From a virus: a stretch of DNA of 64,000 nt. Position 1 is the first letter of the stretch. Each line of letters begins with the position of its first letter. Below, in pieces: positions 20,701 to 31,100 of the stretch. The translations under genes and the position numbers were made by a program. The notes under the pieces are model-generated. The model was not told the origin of the DNA. It searched no databases and worked only from the letters and a program-made list of their open reading frames with translations. The stretch spans positions 1-64,000 of the IMG/VR virus record IMGVR_UViG_3300042898_002309. One strand, given 5' to 3'.

Positions 20701-23700
20701 GCTTCATTTACAGCAGCCTCTAATTCAGTATGACTTGCATAAGTTCTTTTTGTATATTCACCTGACTCAGATACATTAGGCATAAAGATTGTCATCTTAT
20801 CAATATCAAAATCTCCTCCAGACTTAGCTACTATTTCAGTTGGTGCTACTATTATATTTCCTGCTTCAGCCGGTAAGAAATGATACACTTCCATAAACTC
20901 CATAGAGTTAAGACCCTGTACTGGAATCCTTACACCTACCATTGTAACTGCATCCCGGTTATCAGCCATTTCTAACCATTCATCATCTTTAATAAGATCA
21001 TTAAGTTTATCAATAGTACCAATAGTATTACCTGCTTTATCTTTAAGATTTAATAAATTAATGAAATCACCTTGAAGTGAAACCATAACTTTCATACCAG
21101 CAGTAAAACCATCAGCATTTTTATGATATGTAGGTAAGAAGTTAGACCCAACATATTTTTTAATATCAGCATCAGTAGCATTCTTAAGTTTACCACCATC
21201 AAATACTCCTTCATACATTGCTGCAGATACTTGTACAAGTGCTTCACCGTGTACTTTTTGTTTAATTAATCTTTTGTTTATTACAGATAAGATTAATTTT
21301 TCAATTTTAGAAGCCTCTGGATGTAATGATAAGTCAAATTTTAATTCACCATCTTCTGTAGTAGTAATAAATTCAATTAAGTGATCACCTAATACATCTT
21401 CTTTTTCAAGATTAGCTCTAATAAAACGTGCTAGTTTTTCAGTACTTTCTTTATCTACAGGTGTATATTTACTATTACCATTAGTATCTGTTGTTTGCTC
21501 AAATCCAATTTCATCAAGTAACTCAAGTTTTAACAATGATGATAACTCAGATACATGATTAATATAGTTAAGTACTTTATTATTTGTAATTTGAGTTTCA
21601 TCAGTAGATGCTATGATACCTTTTTCATATAAACCTTCAAGAATAAGTTTTCTTAACTGAGTAGAGAATATTGTTTTTTCTTTATATACTTTATTAATCT
21701 CAGTTTGATTTTTTAAATATTCTACAAATGCAACATTATTAGTAAGTTTAGCATTTAAATCAATTGAACCATTTTTATCAGTAATTATATCACCTCCTGA
21801 TTCATTAGATGAAATGTGTGCAATTTTTGAACCTGTTCCAAATATAACATAATCAGTTTCATTTTTTAACATTAATTCATGTAATGCATTTAACTTAGCA
21901 CCTTTAATAACAGATGGAATAAGTGGAGCAAGAGAGAACTTATGAAATGATGTTACTGTTAATCCTGTAGATTCTATATTACCAAAATACTGTAATTTAT
22001 ATGGTGGAAAAAACTCAACTATATCTCTAGCATTAACTTCTTCTTCATTAACAATTTTTCTATATAATTCTTCTTGATCATCTGACCAGTTACCTTCAAG
22101 TTTTTTAAGCATACGGTATGTATCAAAAGCAATATGTCCTTGACCATCACCTTCTTTCATTCCTGTATATTCTTTTATTTCAGTATCAGCCATTTTATTA
22201 GCATAGTCTACTTTTTCTTTTTCACTTAAAGTATCATTATTTTTTAATCTTTCAGTCCAGTCTTCATGTAATGCTTCTCTATATTCATCATAGTATACAG
22301 ATTTATCAACTACTTTTTCTTCTATAATAGCAGTATTTAAAGTACCATTATATACACGTTGTTTAAATCCTCTTTTTTCAGAATATAAGTTTTTAAATAA
22401 TGGGCCATTAATAAAACTTTGAGCTCTTAAATCAGTTCTAAAACCTCTACCTGGAGATGTTAAACCTGCATTACGTTTATGAAACTCTTCTTTATCATGA
22501 TTAAATTGTGCTAAATCACCATATGTAAGAATAACTGTTTCATAATTATGTATCCATGAGTTATAAGTATATGCTTTTACTAATACTTCATCAACTTGTT
22601 GTCTTGATAATTCAGGAGAATCAACTATTTCAACAAGAGATGAATCAATATATCTTGTTTTTTGTAATCTATTGTAATTTGCTTGAGTTTGTTTTTCAAA
22701 ATATGTATTTACATCTTTTCTTATTTTCTCAAGTAAAGCATCATCAGTATCTAGATATTTAATTAAATCAGATTTAATTGCATATAATTCATCTTTAGTA
22801 CTTTGTGTTAATACATCATCAAAAGCTGTAAATACTGATCCTGCTAATTTTTCTTCACCATTTTTAGTTTTTACTTTTCTATTATAACCTGCCCAGTTAG
22901 ACATGTTTTTTGCACCAGTAAGAGACTTATTATTAATGTTTGCATTAAATCTATTTATTCTTTCATGTTCTCCTGCAAGATATTTAAGCATTATATTAAA
23001 TCCTTCATTTGCACCTTTGTTTAAAGAATTAGGTTTAAATGCACTGATATCAACATATAGGTAATCAGCTTTTTTACCATCATATGTTTTAATTTTATCA
23101 ATAGATACACTTTGTGACATTTGCTTAGAGGCATGTCTCATAAATTCTTGTACACCTCTTAACAACATTGTATTCATTTCTTGTAAATACTTTGTTGTTC
23201 TATCAGATGAACTAGTTGTTACACCATTTGATTTATTTGAACCAGTTGTTAATAATTCTGTACCTGATACATTTTTAATATCTATTTCAGCATTTGGTCT
23301 CTTTTTTCCATAGTCAGGAGATAGAGGATCTAAAATAAATAAAGAATTTAATAATACAGAGTATTTAGCATGTGGATTATTATTATCATTTAACCATCTC
23401 ATGTGACGGTATCTTTTATTAATATCTACAGTATCACTTGTTAATTCAGTAAAATTATCAACTTTATTCATAGCAGCCATTCTACGTGTTAATGTACTAT
23501 CCATAAAGTGTTCAAATACACGGTTGCCTTCTGGAGTTAATACACTAAAGTTAGAGAAACTATTTGAGAACATATTTTGAATCTCAGCAAGTGCTCTTAA
23601 ACGTGCTCTTACTTCTTCATTACCTGATATAGATTTTTTATCTTTTATTAATACATCATCTAAACCATTTAATAAATATTGTATAGGTTTTTCTGCAAAA

Positions 23701-26700
23701 TTTTGTGCTGCAAGTTTTTCTTCTTCAGTACCTGATACTGCAAATTTATTTACTATTTGTAATATATTAAATATACGGTCAATACCATAATTAGAAGAGA
23801 ATCTTGGAGTTGCCATAATTTTTTCAATCTCCATACTCTCTTGATCCATTTCAATACCAATTGCTTTTAAAAACTCTTGAGCATATTTAGCTTTAAATAC
23901 TCCTTCCTCATTACCAAATCTTTTTAATATTTTAGGTATGTCAATAGAATTTACTAATAGGTCATTAGTTTTTATAAACTCATTAGATTCTAAATCTGAA
24001 TTAATTAAATTATTTGTCCATTCATTAATAACTTTATATACATCAAAACTAGCATTAGCTAATCTTGATTCATATGTTGCTATCTCAGGTATTAAAGTAT
24101 TTGTTGCTCTATCAAATTGCTTTTTTTGAATAATAGTTTTATTAATATTTAATTTTACATATGGTATTCTTGGTTTTTTAAAGTCTTGCCAAAAATTAGT
24201 CTCTGTATCAAACTCACTTACTGTACCTACATTACCAGGATTAAATGAAAATGGATTAGATAATACATCTAATAGTTGAGCAAATTCAACATAGTTTTCT
24301 CTATATTTAGAAATAACATTATACATATCAACAGGATCTAATTGACCCTGTAATACTCTTGCAAGTTTATTCCATATTTTATCTACATTTTCTAATTCAT
24401 CAAAACCTAATGCATTTTCTACTGGTACCAATTCTCCAGTTGAAGATTTAGTCATCTTAAATATACCTGCAAGTAACATCATTGTTTGCTCACTTGCTAA
24501 TGATTTAGATGACATAATATTACCATTAGTAGATTCTTTTACAACTCTAGTTTGGCCAATTTCTGAAGCATCATCTTCTAGTTCAGTAAATGTATCTTTT
24601 AATACATTGAATCTTGTATTTTCAATATTAAATGCAACTACACCTTTTTTAGTTTCACCATCTAATGATTTTTGTATATCACCAAAATTGTCAATTACTT
24701 TATTTAATAGAATTACTTTACCTAGTAATGCTTCTTCTTTAAAGTAATCAGGTTCTTCAGCTGTAGCATTATCTAATGTAGTTTTTTCTAACTGAGAAGT
24801 ATATGCATCTACTCTTTGTTGAATTTTAACTTTAGCAATTTTATATAATTCAGTTCTATTTTGTGGATTATGAAAAATTCTTTCAGCACCATTAGTAACA
24901 TTTTTAGAAGTGTTATATGTTTTAATTATAGAAGCTATAATACTATCTATAGATTTACTTACTAAACTTGCTTCATCAATGGTAAATACTGATTGATCAA
25001 ATGTATTAATAGTTTTAGATCTATTTAATACATCAAAACTTGTCCATATATTTTTAAGAGAAGGTTGTAAGTCAATAAACTCACCTTTATATAACTTATC
25101 ATAATATTCTTTAACAGATGCAATATCACGTGGTCTTAACATATCACGTCTAGTAATTTTACCAAACATCTTTCTTAAGAAATCAAGCATCTTTTTAAAT
25201 ATTCTACCAATTGGCCCAGTAAATTTACCTTGTCCTTTAGCATATGATCTAAAGTCTTCTGCAAGTACTTCTTCAATATCTAAATATGATGAATTTTTCC
25301 ACTTGTCCTGTTTCTTCATTGTATCATATAACTCTTGTTTTTCTTCAAGAGTTAAAAATAATTGAGAAAATGCATGCCAAGCTTCATGGTATAAATCTAC
25401 TGAAGTACCACCATCTGCTTCATATAATGTAATACCAAATCCTGACCAAGAGGCAAATGCATTTGAGTTAACAATAGTTGTAATTCTTTCAAGTGAAATA
25501 TGATCTTTTAATGGAGACTCTGACCACCATTTTTCTACATTTGCAATATCTTTTTTCTCAAAGAATTTACCAAACAGTCTTGCAAAAGTTTTACCTCTTA
25601 ATAAACCACCAATGTCATTGTTTGTTATTATTTTAAACTCCTCTTCATCACTTAAATCTTCTGCTTTAGTTTTTGCTTTAGTAGTTTCAGCTGTAGTTAC
25701 ACCAAATCTAGATAAAAATGCTTTTTTAGTTTTGCTATCTTTATTATCTTTAGTTCTAAACATCCATTGCTTAGGTGCATTAACTTCAACAGTTAAACCT
25801 AATTTTTTAGCAGCAATAGTTGCAGCTTCAGCAACACCAGATTGACCACCAGTTACAACTTTAGTTATAGGTTTATCAAGTGCTTCATTTAATTTTTCTA
25901 ATAAGTCAAGTACATATCCATTTATTTTTTCTTGAGATTTTAAATCTGCAAGATTATCACCTGTAATATGTACTTCTGTAGCCTTAAGTTTATTTAATTG
26001 AGTGGCAGTTTTATCTACCATTGCTTGTGAAGGTTTAATAATTACTTTAGGTAAAGTTACGGGTACATTTTTTTGACCCGCTTGTTTTTTAGTTGCAGCA
26101 GCAGTACCTTTAGTAAAGTCTCTTCCAATATTTATTGTAGCATCTGTTGAGTCAATATTAGATCCGTTTAACTCTTTATAATCCTTATTAGTTGGATTAA
26201 ATTTTACACCTCCTTCATTAATTACTGTTTCTAAATCATCTTCTGTTGTTTCTCCTTCAGTAAATTCTGTAACTGGAAGATTAGATAATACATCTTCAGG
26301 TATATCAAATCTTAAATATGAATTAAAACCTGATTTTAAACTCATTGAGTCTTTACTATATTCAATTTTAATATATGGTTTTACAAAATCAAAATAGTTT
26401 TCTTCTTTTTCAGTAATCTTATCCCCGGTAATAATATAATCAGTAAAAGATCCATTTTTTAAACCTTCATTAGAATAACTAATATTAGCTGCATAAAAAG
26501 TATTTTTATTTGTAATCTTATTTGTAATATGTTTAGCTTTTAATAAATGATTTTTAATTATTGTGTATGCCTCAGGTTTTGATAAATCAATTTTACGATA
26601 GCTTGATGGAGTGTCATCTGATTGTAAATCATCATAATTAGGAATAAGTTTTACTTCAAGATATTCTATACCTTCTTGATCTTCTTTTACTTGAATATTA

Positions 26701-28124
26701 ATTTTATTAGAATCAATTGCATTACTTAAAAAGTGATCAGTATATGCTTTTCTTCTATTAGCATCTAATGGTTGACCATTTAATTTAGCTTGTGTAGTAA
26801 GTACTGTAGCAATTTTATCTGCTAAAGATTCTGGCATATCACCTCTTTGTAATGTAACAGGAATATCCATTGAAACACCTGCTCTATCACGTGATATTGT
26901 TACAGTTGCAAAACCAGACTTTTTACTACCTTTTACTGTATTAATTGTTATGTCTTGTAAATCATCTTCAGTTAAATCTGTTTGAGATAAAGGAACATAT
27001 TTAGTATCAGTAATACCAAAACTTCCACTTACAATTGGTAATGTAATTACTTCTTCTGGGTTATTAAGTACTTTTTGTCTTAACTTGTATAAGTTGTTAA
27101 TCTCATCTTCTTGTTGTTGTTTCTTTTGAGCAATTAAATCAAAGTAATATTTTTCATCAAATACTAATCCTGCATCTTCTTGTTGTGTACGTATTGTAGC
27201 AACTATATCTTTTGGAGAAGCAAGTGTTTGGTGTCTTCCAGATTTTGAAGTTAAACTTAATTTACCATCAACTTTAGTTATATCTCTAATATTTTGATAT
27301 ACCATTATACCGGTATCTTCAGTAGTTATTTTACCTTCATTATCAAAATATAATATATTACCTTCTTCATCAGATATAAGTGCTATTACACCTCTATAAA
27401 GAGGATTAGCATCTAACCATGCTTTATCAGTTGGAGTTAATTTTTCTTTTACAGATTGTGATTGTACTACTCTTAATTTTAATTTTTCACCATTATAAAC
27501 AACATCATCAGTATTTAATAATCTTTGTCTTGTTATATATGTAATGTTTTGAATTACACTATATATTAATGCTTTTTCTGGGTCTTCAAAATTTCTATTT
27601 TCATCTGTAATAAATTCAGGATTTATAGCTACTGCTTGTTGTGGAACAGTCATATATGCTGATACTGCTTTTTGACCTTCAAATTGTTTCTCAGTCCATA
27701 TTAAATTTTCCTCAGTACCATCAATTATATCAAAATTGTATTGATTAGTATTATGGTCCATTATTATTTCTTGTACTTCTTCAAAAGACTTTTCTTCAGG
27801 TGTAACATATTTTAATACATTATCTAAAGATTTAGAAAACTCATCTCCTAAATCAGCTAAATCATCAAGTGAAAATAATTTTTTATCTCTTAATTCTTTA
27901 AGATATTTTTTAACACGGTCATCCATACTAACCAATGTCAGTATATCTGGTACAGCTTGGGCATATATTAGTGCTTTGCTTTCATCAACACCTTCATATA
28001 CTTCTTTAATTAAAGTTTTTATATTAAATACAGGAAGTTTATCATCAACTATTCTATCATGAATTTCACCATATATTACTTCATATAAATCAATTATCTG
28101 TTCTTTATTTAATGCACAAGCCAT
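17715..28124 (-). CDS. virion-packaged DNA-dependent RNA polymerase (crAss-like, double-psi beta-barrel), multidomain
   Basis: 3469 aa; catalytic GGDFDIDK (DFDID at 20799-20813), RIPVQG, DGQG and STQLRKL motifs; N-terminal HEAWH. Confidence 0.92.
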   Translation of the reverse strand: MACALNKEQIIDLYEVIYGEIHDRIVDDKLPVFNIKTLIKEVYEGVDESKALIYAQAVPDILTLVSMDDRVKKYLKELRDKKLFSLDDLADLGDEFSKSLDNVLKYVTPEEKSFEEVQEIIMDHNTNQYNFDIIDGTEENLIWTEKQFEGQKAVSAYMTVPQQAVAINPEFITDENRNFEDPEKALIYSVIQNITYITRQRLLNTDDVVYNGEKLKLRVVQSQSVKEKLTPTDKAWLDANPLYRGVIALISDEEGNILYFDNEGKITTEDTGIMVYQNIRDITKVDGKLSLTSKSGRHQTLASPKDIVATIRTQQEDAGLVFDEKYYFDLIAQKKQQQEDEINNLYKLRQKVLNNPEEVITLPIVSGSFGITDTKYVPLSQTDLTEDDLQDITINTVKGSKKSGFATVTISRDRAGVSMDIPVTLQRGDMPESLADKIATVLTTQAKLNGQPLDANRRKAYTDHFLSNAIDSNKINIQVKEDQEGIEYLEVKLIPNYDDLQSDDTPSSYRKIDLSKPEAYTIIKNHLLKAKHITNKITNKNTFYAANISYSNEGLKNGSFTDYIITGDKITEKEENYFDFVKPYIKIEYSKDSMSLKSGFNSYLRFDIPEDVLSNLPVTEFTEGETTEDDLETVINEGGVKFNPTNKDYKELNGSNIDSTDATINIGRDFTKGTAAATKKQAGQKNVPVTLPKVIIKPSQAMVDKTATQLNKLKATEVHITGDNLADLKSQEKINGYVLDLLEKLNEALDKPITKVVTGGQSGVAEAATIAAKKLGLTVEVNAPKQWMFRTKDNKDSKTKKAFLSRFGVTTAETTKAKTKAEDLSDEEEFKIITNNDIGGLLRGKTFARLFGKFFEKKDIANVEKWWSESPLKDHISLERITTIVNSNAFASWSGFGITLYEADGGTSVDLYHEAWHAFSQLFLTLEEKQELYDTMKKQDKWKNSSYLDIEEVLAEDFRSYAKGQGKFTGPIGRIFKKMLDFLRKMFGKITRRDMLRPRDIASVKEYYDKLYKGEFIDLQPSLKNIWTSFDVLNRSKTINTFDQSVFTIDEASLVSKSIDSIIASIIKTYNTSKNVTNGAERIFHNPQNRTELYKIAKVKIQQRVDAYTSQLEKTTLDNATAEEPDYFKEEALLGKVILLNKVIDNFGDIQKSLDGETKKGVVAFNIENTRFNVLKDTFTELEDDASEIGQTRVVKESTNGNIMSSKSLASEQTMMLLAGIFKMTKSSTGELVPVENALGFDELENVDKIWNKLARVLQGQLDPVDMYNVISKYRENYVEFAQLLDVLSNPFSFNPGNVGTVSEFDTETNFWQDFKKPRIPYVKLNINKTIIQKKQFDRATNTLIPEIATYESRLANASFDVYKVINEWTNNLINSDLESNEFIKTNDLLVNSIDIPKILKRFGNEEGVFKAKYAQEFLKAIGIEMDQESMEIEKIMATPRFSSNYGIDRIFNILQIVNKFAVSGTEEEKLAAQNFAEKPIQYLLNGLDDVLIKDKKSISGNEEVRARLRALAEIQNMFSNSFSNFSVLTPEGNRVFEHFMDSTLTRRMAAMNKVDNFTELTSDTVDINKRYRHMRWLNDNNNPHAKYSVLLNSLFILDPLSPDYGKKRPNAEIDIKNVSGTELLTTGSNKSNGVTTSSSDRTTKYLQEMNTMLLRGVQEFMRHASKQMSQSVSIDKIKTYDGKKADYLYVDISAFKPNSLNKGANEGFNIMLKYLAGEHERINRFNANINNKSLTGAKNMSNWAGYNRKVKTKNGEEKLAGSVFTAFDDVLTQSTKDELYAIKSDLIKYLDTDDALLEKIRKDVNTYFEKQTQANYNRLQKTRYIDSSLVEIVDSPELSRQQVDEVLVKAYTYNSWIHNYETVILTYGDLAQFNHDKEEFHKRNAGLTSPGRGFRTDLRAQSFINGPLFKNLYSEKRGFKQRVYNGTLNTAIIEEKVVDKSVYYDEYREALHEDWTERLKNNDTLSEKEKVDYANKMADTEIKEYTGMKEGDGQGHIAFDTYRMLKKLEGNWSDDQEELYRKIVNEEEVNARDIVEFFPPYKLQYFGNIESTGLTVTSFHKFSLAPLIPSVIKGAKLNALHELMLKNETDYVIFGTGSKIAHISSNESGGDIITDKNGSIDLNAKLTNNVAFVEYLKNQTEINKVYKEKTIFSTQLRKLILEGLYEKGIIASTDETQITNNKVLNYINHVSELSSLLKLELLDEIGFEQTTDTNGNSKYTPVDKESTEKLARFIRANLEKEDVLGDHLIEFITTTEDGELKFDLSLHPEASKIEKLILSVINKRLIKQKVHGEALVQVSAAMYEGVFDGGKLKNATDADIKKYVGSNFLPTYHKNADGFTAGMKVMVSLQGDFINLLNLKDKAGNTIGTIDKLNDLIKDDEWLEMADNRDAVTMVGVRIPVQGLNSMEFMEVYHFLPAEAGNIIVAPTEIVAKSGGDFDIDKMTIFMPNVSESGEYTKRTYASHTELEAAVNEAKANGEPLAKIFKLQKAALENELIQDIKNILALPENYASLIRPNGTYLLKGIADSLAQYVMDYDPKANMMSDQPNQSIKQDKETGKYASVISPTRVLESLYNIYKHESNVVGKKTLGLGAIENTFHTLFNSLGASMPSTYIHGKEKIPRDVRLFLKHNTLINNEKDSIDYGKEVVSLSNRYDADNINKIADLFAQAINGWVDVEKDAWIFFIQGNSEVAPILLYLLKAGVPVKEAIYFVSQPLVKEYVEEQRVAKSTFAEPLGKAADSVNYIPSNASRNVIAKHFNQKIKSDARYSVTTKLADEYFDDKAIPEFTENEMLNLIKDSRTDPEAANSELSKLMFLHYLEIEQQMNGVKKLKLNANADTSLKTSFSQIEDTESSLENLKDETKLDQTLLWKMINDSVTSSFFNGPMALQIGRPLFKMRYHPLITKWMVINNQDIRNSLEKTFGVNKKDLYVDTFRNDMISLILQNTLRKYNIDKFYKSYNVEETIPVEFANLPKFGAFVKKNKSGIPTMYIDKVTLEKEFENKSWSKSATDELSYNSKGLYALPISTFMNNGNSNKEEYFRFVAEREYLRSISPFSEISKTNEFVGELKKIKESKKDLPYEKQVRLAYEKILADKALSNTFNPSHLFKNTESAFAIRLSNILTKNPKLRLDYDVLDVMKSDSDKDNKMFNIYVNQKDYTNSLSNIYHKNLLDLANPKIKKSANEKENQYISDFFAQLPLYAFLQSGINKTKFNFVNIVDYTPFINVIEQEKNKLMSLLDNEEKGLAFLDEYYKVFNKQNSISNFEKSRFKDYFMDFNQEKKVTKSEYTLEPTISDFIFKYDDGDLTNVHYKNLVESNPTTVFINSTTDLELRDPSKQFKGQSFINKAAKGMNIALITALNNPVDNLATIPASKYFVVKDKWEEAIQNMKELIEAGNKIAFSTKGYGDINVMPQELFVYLSRRLYEEFGYINPNSTMFTDMLDLVAEKQGISDAEIDNLFTEEEDPFKC

Positions 28125-28127
28125 GTC

Positions 28128-31100
28128 TTAACAAATTGGTGAGTTATTTTTTAATTTACTAAATCTTTGTAATTTAGTTTGTAATTGAGTTTTAATTTTT
28201 ATATCATCAAAAATACTTAAATCTTTTTTAATATCATCAAGATTGTTTTTAGTCTCAACTACTGCAGCAGTATCTTCTTCAGTTATTGCTACTGGTTCAT
28301 TAGTAATTTCATATGCCATCTTATTATGCTTTTTAAAATTATCTATTAATTCTTCATTTGTAGCAGTATATATTTTATTTGTAGTTAATAATTTAATTTT
28401 TACTTTTTTATCATTAACTTCACTTACTATAAATATATCTCCTCTTACACTGTCAAAGATAGCTTTTTTAGCAATGATATAATCATCTTTAGATAAATTT
28501 TTATCACTTACTTTAGATCCTAATGCAACTTGTTTTTCATTAAATTTTAATTCTATTGCATTAATTAATGCATTACTATCACCAGGTATATTTCCTTCAG
28601 TAACAGCAATCATAGCATTTGCATAAGCTATCATTAAGTCACTAATTTTTCTTGCACTTTGCATTGGTTGAAGCAAGTCATCAAATTTAGGAATAACAAT
28701 CTCACCTTCTTCATTTACATCAATTACAAAATCACCTAATGCACTAGATGATTTAATAATTTTTTTAGCATCTTCTATTGATGTTTCATCAGCTGTAGTA
28801 TCTGTAGTACTTAAAGCAGCTAGTTTATTTTCTATTGCTTCTATTTTATCTCTTATAATAGCACCGTTTTCAAAATCTAAAACATCCATTACTTCTGCAC
28901 TTTCTTTTTTTAATCTTTTTAATTCAATTTCTAATTCAGCTTTAGTATCTGTAGTAGGTGTTTCTTGCACAACATTTAATTGTGCTTGAAGTTCAGTAAT
29001 TTGTTGAGTAATTTGAGCAGCTTTTTCTAAATCACCCATTACATCTCTTTCAATAACTAACTCATTTTCTAATGAATTTATAAGTTTTTGTATTTCAGAT
29101 CTATCTTGTTCCTCTGTTTCAATATTGATATCCTCAATATTTTTTAATGGTACATATTTATCTACTGCATCTACTGGTACTAATTCTACAGTACTTTTAC
29201 CTTTATCTACAATTTCTGTTGCAAGTTTAGCTGATTTAATATAACCATTTACATCATAATTAAGTTCAATTGGTAATAATTTTATAGTAGCTTTTTTACC
29301 TGTCATATTATACAACAAGTTTTTATAAATAGTTTGTTGTGTACGGTATGCATATTTTTTACTAAAATTATTTGTACCTTCTTTATTAAAATTATCCCAA
29401 GTAGCTTTTTGTGCAGTTTTAATATCAATTATAGATATGTTACCTTTATTATCTACTACTAATAAATCCATTTCACCTGCAAGTCCAGTATCTCCTAAAT
29501 CTTTATCAAATACATTTAAGTTATTTGCATATACAGTATACTTACCATCAATTACATCATCTTTAATAAGAGTTAATATACCATCTTTTTGTCCTGTACC
29601 ATTTTCTTGTCCAAATAAACTATCAAATGCACCTTGACTCATATTAGATGGTTTAATTAATTTAACATCATTAAAGAAATCTCTTATTAAACCATCTATT
29701 AATGTACCAGAATCTGCAGCTGCACTATATGATAAATCATTAATAATACTAAAAACTGATTTTTCAGTAAATTCTTTTTCTAATGCAGTTTTTATTTTTG
29801 CAAATTTTATTTCATTAAATTGTTTAAAAGTTTTATTATTTTTTATTTCTGAATCAAGTCTATCTAAAAATGCTTTTAATTTTCCACTTTCTTTAATAGT
29901 AGTATCAGCTTCAATTTGCATATAATAACCAACAGCAGTTGTTGTTGCTTGATTTATATATGGGTCTTTACCAGTTTCTTCTTTTTCTATATCTACTACT
30001 AGTTTAGTTACTCTTTGTGGTTCTTTACCATTATCAAATATGTAACCTTTTTTAGTTTTAGTTGCAAGATCTTCAAGTGATTTAACATCTTTTCCAGTTG
30101 TACCATCAGTAAATAATACATCAATTTCATCTTGTCTTTCAAGTAAATTAGTATTAAGTAAGTTAACTATACTTTCAAGATTAGTTGTAGCTTTTCTTGT
30201 AGTTCTTATAAATCTAATATAACTTTGAAGTGCATTAATATCAGATTTAATATTATTAGCTTCTTTAGATTTTACTTTTGTTTTTGGTAACTTAGTTTTT
30301 AATATATTTAAAATACCTTTTAAATCTTCTACTGATAATTGATCTAAAGTTTTACTATCAAATGTATTTGCTATAGATTTAAACTTAGGTATTCTAGCTA
30401 TTAATTCTGGTTCAACATTTTCAGTACCTATTTGAGCATTGTTATATTGATCAATTAATAAACTTTGAGATCCTAACCAGTTTTGTCTTATTATTGCAAG
30501 TGCTGTTGCATCTTCATTAGGATATGTACTATTAGCAAATGTATCAAATTCTTTTTGTAGAATTACTTTAAGATCATCTGGTATATTACTCCAAGGAGTT
30601 GTAACTGTAACTCTTTCAGGAATTGCATTAACTTCTTCTACTGTACTTGGAGTTGCACCAGCTTTTTTAAAATCTTTAATGATACCATTGAATACTTCTT
30701 CATAGTCTTCATTAATTTTTTTAATAAGTGCTTGGTAATCTTTCCATGCATCAGTTGTTTCAATATCAATTACATCAACTTCTGGTTTTGATAATTCTTC
30801 TATAGTATCTTTTAAAGTGTTAATTTTTTCTTTAATAAGTTCAGGAAATGCAAATTTATATGATGCAACTACAAATGCTTGAGTAGTAGCTTCTTCTTGT
30901 GATAAACCATTTAAAACAGCTTCAGTAATTAAATCTTGAACAAATGGTGTTGCCTCTTCAACTTTTTTAGGATTTTTAAAATACTCTTCAACAAATAAAT
31001 TTATTTCTCCTTCAGTAGCTATTTCATTGTCTATTGCTCCATCAACTACAGCTTGTAATTCTTCAACATCAACATCTATTTTTTCAAGTTGTTCTATTAT

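Noticed and set aside
7336-28124. Introns or inteins in the DNA polymerase or vRNAP
   Set aside because: Both ORFs are continuous with catalytic motifs at plausible spacing; no intein C/S...HN ends or LAGLIDADG motifs were seen.
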